DNA of 36,352 bases from Myxococcota bacterium. GTDB lineage: Bacteria; Myxococcota_A; Polyangia; Polyangiales; Sandaracinaceae. The position numbers were made by a program, and so were the translations under genes. Under the pieces are notes generated by a model. It saw only the letters and a list, made by a program, of their open reading frames with translations, searched no databases and was not told the origin of the DNA. The stretch spans positions 1 to 36,352 of the forward strand of contig JAYZQJ010000010.1 of assembly GCA_036149055.1 (NCBI GenBank). The letters are read 5' to 3'. Within the stretch, counting starts at the first letter, position 1, and every line of letters starts with the position of its first letter. Shown here one piece after another: positions 7,061 through 15,224 of the stretch.

Positions 7061-9690
7061 GAGGCTGGCGCCGACACGCTCCGCTCGCGCTGTTGACCGC
7101 GCTCGGAGCGTGCGTGGTCGCCTCGATCGCGTACGACCGCGCCTCCTCGCTGGGCTGGAGCGAGATCGCGGTGATGACGCCGGAGGCGCAGCTGGACCTC
7201 ACGCTCCCTCACCTCGCGGAGCATGGAGAGTGGGTGGGCCGGGACCGACCGAGCGCGCGCGGCCCGCTCTGGCAAGCCACGCTCGCGTCGGTGGTCGGCG
7301 GTGATGGTGATCCCGCGAAGGCGGTCTTCGCTCGGGGGCTCGTCTTCCCGCTCGTGGCGCTCGGCTTCGCGGCCTTCCTCGCCGCGCGTGCCTCACGGCG
7401 GCGCTGGGTTCGATTCGCGGTGGGCGTCCCCGCGCTCGGGTGGGCCATCTTCGAACCCGAAGCGGCGTGGCGACTGAGCGTGCTCCTCGGGGTCACGCTG
7501 CTGTATCCGCGGGTCGAAGACGGCGAGGTGCGCGCGAGCCAGCGCGGCGTGTGGGCCGCCGCGCCGGTCGCGATCGCAGGAGGGTTCGCGCCGTCCATTC
7601 TGGTCGAAGGGGCCTTCGCCTTCACGGCCGCGTCGATCGTGGGGGCGTCCTGGGTGGGCGCGAGGGTGGCGGCCGAGCGCCTCGCGGGCGCCTGCCTCAC
7701 GCTCGCCGGAGCCGCCGCCGTGCTGGTCACGTTCGCCTGGCCGGATCCATGGCTCCCGTGGGCCGCGCTGCGCTGGCCCCTCGCCGTCGTCGGCGGCGAG
7801 TGGGAGTGGGCCGCCCTGACCGCCACGTTCGCCTTCGCGTGCGCCTGGGCGCGAGCGCGGGGCCTCGTCTGGCTCGCCGCGATGGTCCCGCTCGTCGTCT
7901 TCGCCGCCCTGGAGGGCGCGCTCTCCTCCGTCGCAGCGCCGCTCGCTTCGTCCATGTTGCTGGTCGCGGTGTCCATCGCGCGAGCTCGACGCCTGCTCGC
8001 GTTGACGGGCCTGCTCCTCGTGTGCACGGCCATGCTCGGTCGAGCCGGTCAGCTCGGGCGCGCGCTGACGGGCGCCGTCGGCGGCGCGAGCGGTGCGGAT
8101 CGAGCGGTCGCCCACGAGGGCGACGGTGAGCGGGCGAGGGCCGCGCTGGAGGGGCGAGGCGGCTGCGTCGTCGCGCCGGCGTCTCTCGCCGTCGCGTGGG
8201 CCAGCGCGGGCGCCCGGGGCCCGCTCGAGGCGCCGCTCGACCGGGACCGATGGGCGCGCGAGATCCGCGCGCGGGAGTGTCCCTGGGCCCTCGTCACCCT
8301 GCCGACCTTCGACAGCCCCTACGCCGACGGGGTGGCGGGGTTCGACGCGGCGGGCCTCGCGCTCGCCGAGCTGTACAGGCCGGTGGAGCGGCTCGGTCCC
8401 GCGCTCTTCCTGGCCGCTCGAGACGCACCGCGCAGGCCCCGGCGGCGCATCCTCCGGCCGGCCCCTCCCCTGCCGCGACAAGTGACCTTGCGGGCCGGCG
8501 AGCGGGCGCGGTTCGAGCTGGAACGCCCGGTCCGGGCCGACCACCTGCTCGAGCTGGCCATCGGGCTCACCCCGGTCGGCGCCCCCACCGGTCGGCCCGA
8601 GGTGCTGCTCCTGCGCGGTGAGGAGATGCTGCGCGCGCCGCTCGTCCTACCGGTGCCGGACCACGGGGGCAGGGTCCGTGTGCCGATCGACGCCGAGCTC
8701 GCCGAACACCGCTGGCGCCTCGGAGCCGCAGGAGCGGCGGACTCGGGAGCCGACGCGCTCGTGCTCCGATACGAAGGCGAGGGCGCTTGGCAGGTGCGGC
8801 TCACCGGCGTGATCGAGCTGAGCCCTCCTCCAGCCACCCAGCGCGCGGTGGCGGCGACGACGTCGCTGCCCGTGGCGCTCCTCGAGCAGCCCAGCTGGGC
8901 CCGCTTCACCGCCCCGCGCCGCGACGGGGCTGACGTCGTCCTGGAGTCGAACCCGCCGGGACTCCCACCGGCGGAGCTGTTCGTGGAGGTGACCGGCGGG
9001 GAGGGCGCGTGTCTCGTCGGTGAGGTCGGGCTCGAGTCGCCGTCGTCGTCGGGTGCTCGCCTCCAGATCGACGTGGTCGACGGTCCGGCCCGACACCCGC
9101 GAGTCGACTGGGCGATCGCGCGAGGGTGGCGGCGTCCGTTCGTGCTCTCGTTGCCGCCTCACCGGGTCCTGGTTCGCATCGGCGTCACGTCGGAGGAGGG
9201 CGGCGTGCGGACGCGGCTCCACCGCCCCCGCCTCGAGGCGTGCGGCGCGCGGCGCTCGGTGGTCCACGCGCTGCACGACGGTCAGCACGACGTGGTCCGC
9301 GGCGCGCCGACCGTCACCGGGGACACGCTGGCTCTGCCGGCGCTGGCCCGCGGCGCGCCGCCGGTCGACGTTCGCCTGACGCACACGGTGCAGGGAGGAG
9401 ACTGTCTCTCCCTCGAGATGCGGGGACGGACCGAGCGCGGGCCGGTCGCCGTCGGGGTCGGCGTCGTGCATCGAGGACGCCTGCATCGGCTGGCGCGGGA
9501 GGTGTTCTGGCCCGACGACCAGCGGCCGCAGCGCGCGTTTCGGGACCTGCCGCTCGGGGAGTGGGTGGGGCAGGAGGTGGCGCTGCGGTTCGCGGCGTGG
9601 CCGATGGAGCGGGAGACGCGCGGTGGCGTCGGGGAGATCGTGCGTCCGCAGATTCACGCCTGCGGGGAGCGGCCGACCTGGCACTTCTGA
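7057..9690 (+). CDS. Large polytopic membrane protein, paralog B of 4289-7060
   Basis: GTG 7057 overlaps the upstream TGA. Shares GEWVGRD..RGPLWQA, AREIRARECP (vs ARSIREADCP), LAELYR (vs VAERYR) and ESNPPGLPPAELF (vs EPNPHPVPLAEVF). Confidence 0.7.
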   Translation: MRGWRRHAPLALLTALGACVVASIAYDRASSLGWSEIAVMTPEAQLDLTLPHLAEHGEWVGRDRPSARGPLWQATLASVVGGDGDPAKAVFARGLVFPLVALGFAAFLAARASRRRWVRFAVGVPALGWAIFEPEAAWRLSVLLGVTLLYPRVEDGEVRASQRGVWAAAPVAIAGGFAPSILVEGAFAFTAASIVGASWVGARVAAERLAGACLTLAGAAAVLVTFAWPDPWLPWAALRWPLAVVGGEWEWAALTATFAFACAWARARGLVWLAAMVPLVVFAALEGALSSVAAPLASSMLLVAVSIARARRLLALTGLLLVCTAMLGRAGQLGRALTGAVGGASGADRAVAHEGDGERARAALEGRGGCVVAPASLAVAWASAGARGPLEAPLDRDRWAREIRARECPWALVTLPTFDSPYADGVAGFDAAGLALAELYRPVERLGPALFLAARDAPRRPRRRILRPAPPLPRQVTLRAGERARFELERPVRADHLLELAIGLTPVGAPTGRPEVLLLRGEEMLRAPLVLPVPDHGGRVRVPIDAELAEHRWRLGAAGAADSGADALVLRYEGEGAWQVRLTGVIELSPPPATQRAVAATTSLPVALLEQPSWARFTAPRRDGADVVLESNPPGLPPAELFVEVTGGEGACLVGEVGLESPSSSGARLQIDVVDGPARHPRVDWAIARGWRRPFVLSLPPHRVLVRIGVTSEEGGVRTRLHRPRLEACGARRSVVHALHDGQHDVVRGAPTVTGDTLALPALARGAPPVDVRLTHTVQGGDCLSLEMRGRTERGPVAVGVGVVHRGRLHRLAREVFWPDDQRPQRAFRDLPLGEWVGQEVALRFAAWPMERETRGGVGEIVRPQIHACGERPTWHF

Positions 9691-9711
9691 CGCCGGGCGT
9701 ACCTGTCCGGC

Positions 9712-10170
9712 ATGCACCGGGGGCTCCAGATCGCGGTCGTGCTGGGGGTGGCGCTCACCACGTCGAGCTCGGCGGGGCTCGCGGAAGATCCCGTGCTCAT
9801 CGCGGGCGTGGCGTTCACGCGGGACGCGTCGACCGCGGACCGGCGCGCGCTCTGCCATCGCGACTGCGGCGGGGTGGACGACCCCGACCTGCAGGCCTTC
9901 TGCCTCGGGCGCTGTGAGCGGGTGCGGGACGCGGACGCGGCCGCGGTGTGTCGCGGCGACTGCGGAGCCGTCGGGCACCCCGACCTCCGGGCGCTCTGCG
10001 TCGGTCAGTGCGCGCTCGCCCGAGACCCTGACTTCCTCGCGCTCTGCGAGGGGCGCTGCGACGCGATCCGCGATCCGAGCCTGCGCGCGTTCTGCGCTCA
10101 CGACTGCGCGGCGGTGGATCAGTCGCGCCCGGCGAACAGCCAGGCGAGCCACGCGATGCCGAGCCACTGA
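9712..10170 (+). CDS. Secreted Cys-rich protein with six 16-aa CxxxC repeats
   Basis: Signal peptide MHRGLQIAVVLGVAL..AGLA; repeats with consensus DPDLxAxCxGxCxxxx. Confidence 0.7.
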   Translation: MHRGLQIAVVLGVALTTSSSAGLAEDPVLIAGVAFTRDASTADRRALCHRDCGGVDDPDLQAFCLGRCERVRDADAAAVCRGDCGAVGHPDLRALCVGQCALARDPDFLALCEGRCDAIRDPSLRAFCAHDCAAVDQSRPANSQASHAMPSH

Positions 10171-10529
10171 CCGAGGTTGCGGCCGCTGCCCCGTCCGCTC
10201 GACGCGGCCTGTCGCTGGCTGGCCTTCAGGTGCCCGAAGCCCTGCGCGCCCACCGCGTTGCGCAGCCGCTGGGTGGAGCCCGGGTCGACGCCGCGGGTCA
10301 CGAGGCGGGGGCGGCCGCCCTCCTTCACCGCGCGGATGGTCCCCGACCGGATGCCGGCGCGCCGCGCGACCTCGCGGATCTCTCGCAGGACCGACGGCGG
10401 CACCGCGCCGCGCACGACCATGCAGCGTCCGTCGCGCACCGAGACGCAGAAGATCTCGTTCGCCCGGGAGAGGGCGACGAGCACGAGCGCGACCACGGCG
10501 GCGACGGCGAGGATCCAGACGACCGACAT
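10119..10529 (-). CDS. DUF3634-like membrane-anchored protein
   Basis: N-terminal TM, then RANEIFCVSVRDGR..RGAVP...GTIRAV...QRLRN. Confidence 0.7.
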   Translation of the reverse strand: MSVVWILAVAAVVALVLVALSRANEIFCVSVRDGRCMVVRGAVPPSVLREIREVARRAGIRSGTIRAVKEGGRPRLVTRGVDPGSTQRLRNAVGAQGFGHLKASQRQAASSGRGSGRNLGQWLGIAWLAWLFAGRD

Positions 10530-10607
10530 CGCCGGAGTCTACGATCTTCGAGCCGCCCGTGTTCCCCCGGAGGGGATGCGCGCCGGGCTCGGCGCGTACC
10601 GTCGGGT

Positions 10608-11168
10608 ATGCGCTGGCAGCTCGCCTACGGTCTCGTCGCCCTCTTGGTGGCGCCCGCGCTGGTCCCGCTGATGGCCTGGGCCCTGATGCTCGAGCAGCCC
10701 GTGCCCGGCAGCGACGCGCACCTCGAGCCAGCCGAGGTGCGCGCGATCTGGGAGGCGCACGTGCCCGGCGGCGACCGCACCGAGGTGCTGGTGCTGCGCG
10801 ACGCGACCGACTTCATCGGCTACCGCCGCGTGCGCATCCAGGGCGGCCCGGCGGCGCCCGCGTCGCTCACCGACCCGCGTCACCGCACGCTGAAGGTGGA
10901 GCGCGCGGGCTTTCCCTTCGAGGCGGTGGGCTCGGTGCGCCGCTGGGGGCGGGCGGGGACGGTGCTCGAGGGCGCGTTCGAGATCGCGCCGCGCCGGATG
11001 AGCCCCGGCGGCGGCAACTACGGCGTCATCGACGGCCTGCCGTGGCGCCCGCTCTGGCCCGGCTTCGCGCTCGACGCGTGGCTCGTCTTCCTCGCGCTGC
11101 TCACGCCGCTCGGCGGCTACTGGATGCTCAAGCGGGCGCTCGCCGCGCGGAGGACCGCGAAGGCGTAA
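10608..11168 (+). CDS. Hypothetical membrane protein with N- and C-terminal TM helices
   Basis: ATG 10608 MRWQLAYGLVALLVAPALVPLMAWA..; C-terminal FALDAWLVFLALLTPLGGYW; GC-ending codons. Confidence 0.6.
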   Translation: MRWQLAYGLVALLVAPALVPLMAWALMLEQPVPGSDAHLEPAEVRAIWEAHVPGGDRTEVLVLRDATDFIGYRRVRIQGGPAAPASLTDPRHRTLKVERAGFPFEAVGSVRRWGRAGTVLEGAFEIAPRRMSPGGGNYGVIDGLPWRPLWPGFALDAWLVFLALLTPLGGYWMLKRALAARRTAKA

Positions 11169-13486
11169 GGCGGGTTGTGCAGCCCGCGCGAGCCGTCGCT
11201 GCGCAGCAGCGAGAGATCCCAGGCCACGTCGCGCAGGGCGGGCGAGAGCGCCTCGACGGTCACCGGCGCCTCCCGCGTGAAGGCGCCGTCGCCGTCGCAG
11301 TCGCCGAGCATGACGCCCTGCGCGTCGACCAGGTGGAGGCGCGCGTCGCGCTCGACGACGTCGACCGCCTCCCGCCCGCAGCGACCTCGCAGCCGCGCTT
11401 CGATCACCCGCGCCCGGAAGCGCGCCGTGAGGCGGGCCAGCGCGGCGTCGTGCTCGTCCACCACTCGCCCCGGGCGTCCGTCGCCGTCCCAGTCCCGCAC
11501 GCCGATGGCCTCGGGCGCCTCGTCGTCGCCGTGGCAAGGCGCGCACGCGGCGGACGAGAGCTCCGGGGAGCCGCGCAGCGCGCGCGCCGCGAAGGTGTGG
11601 CCGCCCGCGAGGCCGAGGAGCGGGTCTCCTTCGTCGGGGCGGGTCATGTGACAGCGCACGCAGGTGTCGGCGATGTGTCGGTGCGAGCCGTCGTTCGAGG
11701 GCGCCACGGTGCGGGCGCCGCGCCCGACGAGCAGGTCGGCTTGCGGTGCGTGAGGCGCGGCGTCGAGGTCTCCCTCCCGCGCCACGCCGCTCCGGTGGCA
11801 GCTCGCGCAGAGGGCGCCGCTGCCGAGGTGCAGGGCGCGCTCGCCCGCGATCGGGTCGGAGGTGTCGTAGACGCGGAGGCCCCGGGGCCGCTCCGCGTCG
11901 TGCACGTCGTGACAGGCGCCGCAGGTGATCGGGCTGACCGTGGCTCGCTCGGGCGTGACCGTCGCGCCGCGTCGACGGCTCTCGATGAAGCCCTGCGCGC
12001 TGTGACAGGTGGCGCAGCCCTCACGCAGCGCGGGGTCGTCCTCCCCGAGGTCGCGGACGAAGCCGCTCATCGCCGAGAGGCGCCACTCGTCGACGTGCGG
12101 CGAGACGTGGTCGGCGTCGGGGTCGCCCGCGTCGACGTCGTGGCAGCGCGCGCAGACGCCCGCCTGCAGCTTTGCGCCGTACTGCCAGCGGAACTCGGGG
12201 GCGACCACGCGACCCGTGCCGTGGCACGCCGAGCACCACACCGCGCCGTCGTGCTGGATCGGCCCGGGCGCCTCGTCCCACGCGCCGCCGTCGGGCGAGG
12301 GCTGGTGCCACCCGAGCCGGGCCGCGGTCTGGTGCACGCCGCCGTTGTCCACGCCGGGGTCCGCGCCCGTGGCGTGACAACTCCAGCAGCGCTCGTCGAA
12401 TGCGTCGCCGAGCGCGCCGTCGAGCCCGCGGCGGAACGTGCGCGCGTGCACGGTGTCTTGCCAGTCGCGATCCTCCGACTCGTGGCAGCCGTCCTGGCCG
12501 CAGTCTCGCGGCACGTCGTCGTACGCGCCGGCGTGCAACTGAACTTGAGTGCGTGTGGGCTGGTGCTCGAGCAGGTACGTGCCGAGCGCGTCCGGTCGAA
12601 GACGCGACACACGCGTTGACGCGCCGTCCAGCTCGGCCTCGCTGTCGTCCGGGCGGGCGAGGATCGTCCACGCGTGCTCGTCGCCGAGGCCGCCGTTGAG
12701 GTAGACGTCGGCGCCGGTGGGGACCTGGAAGAGGCCGGCGGACACCGGGGCGGCGACGACCCGGACGCTCCGGTGCTCCTCGTGGTCGCCGACCCGCGCG
12801 CGCGCCTCGAAGCGGTAGTCCCCCCGCTGCGCGCGGTCGAGCGCGATGACGCCGACCCGGTCGTCGAGCCGGACCAGCTCCTCGAGCGGGTGCGTGCGCA
12901 GGGACAGGGTTCCGTCCTCCGCGCGCATTCGTCCCTCGAGGTCGGGGCCGCCCACCTGGGTCCACGTGATCGGGCCGGTCGCGCATCGCGCGCGCGCCTC
13001 GATCTCCACCGCCTGATCGAAGCCCACCTGCGCGAGGAGCGCGTCGACCTCGAGCGCGTCGTGGAGGTGCAGCGTGATCGGCGCCATGCCCCGCCGCACG
13101 CGGACGCGCTCGGTGGTGGGGCAGCGGCCGGGCGCGTCGGCGGTGAGCGTGGCGTCGCCCTCCTCGACCTCGATGGAGAAGCGCCCGTCGTCATCCGTCT
13201 CGGTGCTGCGTCCGTCTTCGGTGGACACGGTGGCGTGAGCGACCGGCGCACCCGTGCGTCCGTCACGCACCGTGCCCTCCACCTCGACGCGCGAGGCGTC
13301 GCCGCAGCCCCCGAGCGCGATCGCGATCCACGCCACCGCGGCCCCGTCGCGCACGGACGCGAACGTGAGCAGCTCGGTGGCCCAGCGCACGGGCGCCAGG
13401 AGCGCGGCCCAGCCCGACGACTCTCGCGCGTCCCCGGCGGCCGGGGGTGGGTTCGCCGGGGAAGCCCCGATCCGCGTGCGGACCAT
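11117..13486 (-). CDS. Multiheme (nine-heme) c-type cytochrome lipoprotein with N-terminal carboxypeptidase-regulatory-like and PKD-like domains
   Basis: Eight CxxCH (CWSCH, CSACH, CARCH, CATCH, CGACH, CASCH, CVRCH, CAPCH) plus one CX4CH (CGQDGCH). Lipobox LGGC; VEGTVRDGRTGAPVAHATV..TDDDGRF; ITWTQVGGP; C-terminal DGSRGLHNPPYA. Confidence 0.85.
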   Translation of the reverse strand: MVRTRIGASPANPPPAAGDARESSGWAALLAPVRWATELLTFASVRDGAAVAWIAIALGGCGDASRVEVEGTVRDGRTGAPVAHATVSTEDGRSTETDDDGRFSIEVEEGDATLTADAPGRCPTTERVRVRRGMAPITLHLHDALEVDALLAQVGFDQAVEIEARARCATGPITWTQVGGPDLEGRMRAEDGTLSLRTHPLEELVRLDDRVGVIALDRAQRGDYRFEARARVGDHEEHRSVRVVAAPVSAGLFQVPTGADVYLNGGLGDEHAWTILARPDDSEAELDGASTRVSRLRPDALGTYLLEHQPTRTQVQLHAGAYDDVPRDCGQDGCHESEDRDWQDTVHARTFRRGLDGALGDAFDERCWSCHATGADPGVDNGGVHQTAARLGWHQPSPDGGAWDEAPGPIQHDGAVWCSACHGTGRVVAPEFRWQYGAKLQAGVCARCHDVDAGDPDADHVSPHVDEWRLSAMSGFVRDLGEDDPALREGCATCHSAQGFIESRRRGATVTPERATVSPITCGACHDVHDAERPRGLRVYDTSDPIAGERALHLGSGALCASCHRSGVAREGDLDAAPHAPQADLLVGRGARTVAPSNDGSHRHIADTCVRCHMTRPDEGDPLLGLAGGHTFAARALRGSPELSSAACAPCHGDDEAPEAIGVRDWDGDGRPGRVVDEHDAALARLTARFRARVIEARLRGRCGREAVDVVERDARLHLVDAQGVMLGDCDGDGAFTREAPVTVEALSPALRDVAWDLSLLRSDGSRGLHNPPYAFAVLRAASARLSIQ

Positions 13487-13683
13487 CGGGCGGAGACTAC
13501 CACCTCTCGCCCGTGCGTCCACGAGAGTGATCGAGCATCACGGAGGGCGATTCACGCGCGATTCATCCGTCGCCAGAGGTGCCAGACGTGTCTGTCAGCG
13601 CAGCATGTGATCGTGCAGTCGGCCTCGCCGGGCCTTCGAGGCGGCGTGCCGACTCGAAGGCGGACCGCGCTATCCTCTGCTCC

Positions 13684-14505
13684 GTGCGCTTCGCCTTCCT
13701 CGTGTCGCTCGTCTGGCTCGTCGCCTCCGGCGCGAGCGCGTTCGAGCGTTCGACGGTGACGGGGCAGCCGGACCGGCCGCTCTTCTGGGACACGCGCGTC
13801 GTGCACCTGCGCACCGCGTACGACAGCTGCGACGATCTGCTCCCCGGGGCGATCGCGGAGGCGGTCGCGCGCTCGGCGTCCTCGTGGAGCACCGCCGGCG
13901 AAGGGTGCAGCGACTTCCGCCTCGTCGACGACGGCTACCCGACCGGCTTCACGACGAACCTGATCGGCGGCGGCGGGCACGACGGCGAGAACCGCATCCT
14001 CTGGCGGGAGGCGGGCTGGCCCGACGAGGTGTCCCCCGACACGCTCGCCCTCACCACCGTCGTGTTCCGGCGCTCGACCGGGCAGATCCTCGACGCCGAC
14101 ATCGATCTGAACGGCGTCGACCACGTGTGGACGGTCGACGCGGCGGCGGCGCGGACCGACGCGGAGAACACGTTGACTCACGAGCTCGGGCACCTGCTCG
14201 GGCTCGGTCACGTCGCCGATCCCGAGGCGACGATGTACGGGCAGAGCGACCCCGGAGACCTGGAGAAGCGCACGCTCTCCGAAGACGACGTCGCGGGCCT
14301 GTGCTTCGTCTACCCCGCGGGCCTCGCGAGCCCGGGCGCGCCCTACGTCCGCTCGCCCGGGCTGACCGGTTGCCGCGCGAGCGCCGGCCGCCACGCGCGC
14401 AGTGGGCCGTGGCTCTTCGCGCTGCTCACCCTGTGGTGGTGGCGACGAAGGCGCGGAGCTCGTCGAGGAGCGCGCCGGGGCGGAACGGCTTCCGCATCCA
14501 GGTGA
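13684..14505 (+). CDS. Matrixin (M10)-family zinc metalloprotease with MYXO-CTERM-like C-terminal sorting signal
   Basis: Signal peptide; DADIDLN; HELGHLLGLGH; Met-turn ATMY; C-terminal GC..WLFALLTLWWWRRRR. Confidence 0.85.
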   Translation: MRFAFLVSLVWLVASGASAFERSTVTGQPDRPLFWDTRVVHLRTAYDSCDDLLPGAIAEAVARSASSWSTAGEGCSDFRLVDDGYPTGFTTNLIGGGGHDGENRILWREAGWPDEVSPDTLALTTVVFRRSTGQILDADIDLNGVDHVWTVDAAAARTDAENTLTHELGHLLGLGHVADPEATMYGQSDPGDLEKRTLSEDDVAGLCFVYPAGLASPGAPYVRSPGLTGCRASAGRHARSGPWLFALLTLWWWRRRRGARRGARRGGTASASR

Positions 14506-15169
14506 GCCTCGGATCGTCCGGCAGCGACCAGCCGAGCTCCTCGTGGCTCGCCGCCGAGAGGATGACGACGGGGATCTCCGGGCCGCGCGCGCGCACCCCG
14601 CGATAGAAGGTGAGCCCGTCGACGTCCGGCATCATCGCGTCGACGATCACGAGGTCGGGCGCGTCGTCCGAGACCGCGCGCATCGCCGCCTCCGGATCGT
14701 CGTGCACCGTCGCCTCGCAGCCGGCGTGCTTCAGCGCGATCTCGAGGAGCCGCCGCGTCGAGGCCTCGTCGTCGAGGGCGACCACGCGCCAGCCCAGCGC
14801 GCGGTCCTCGACCGTGGTCGGCGCGCTCTTGCTCGCGGCCGGCGGAGGCAGCGTCGCGCGGGCCACGTCGGCCGCCTTCGCGAGCCGCCGCGCGCCCTCC
14901 GCGATCGCGAAGTCGGCGGCGCCCGAGAGCGCGGCCTGCTCGAGGCGGCCGGCGCGCTCGCCCAGCTCGGCGTGGCCCGCCGTGCCCGCCACGCCGCGGA
15001 GCTTGTGCGCGAGCCGACGGATCGCGTCGCGCGCGTCGGCCTCGCCGCCCTGGAGCCGCGTGGCCGCGTCCCGGAGCTCCGCGGCGCGCTCCGCGAACCC
15101 CTCCCTCGTCCGCGCGTGCAGCGCGGCCAGCCGCGCCTCGAGCGCGTCGAGCTTCGACTCCCCGGCCAA
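14426..15169 (-). CDS. Hpt domain-receiver domain fusion protein
   Basis: Hpt motif LAHKLRGVAGTAG; REC motifs VVALDDE, DLVIVDAMMPDVDG, VILSA and RKPF. Start is uncertain (TTG 15169 chosen). Confidence 0.85.
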   Translation of the reverse strand: MAGESKLDALEARLAALHARTREGFAERAAELRDAATRLQGGEADARDAIRRLAHKLRGVAGTAGHAELGERAGRLEQAALSGAADFAIAEGARRLAKAADVARATLPPPAASKSAPTTVEDRALGWRVVALDDEASTRRLLEIALKHAGCEATVHDDPEAAMRAVSDDAPDLVIVDAMMPDVDGLTFYRGVRARGPEIPVVILSAASHEELGWSLPDDPRLTWMRKPFRPGALLDELRAFVATTTG

Positions 15170-15224
15170 ACCGTCGGGATTGTTGCACGCTTCGGGCCGC
15201 GCAGGCACCCTGCGACGAAGCTCG

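Noticed and set aside
14610..15224. Ser/Ala-rich N-terminal extension of the kinase
   Set aside because: It is antisense to the Hpt-REC gene; the kinase plausibly starts at ATG 15225.
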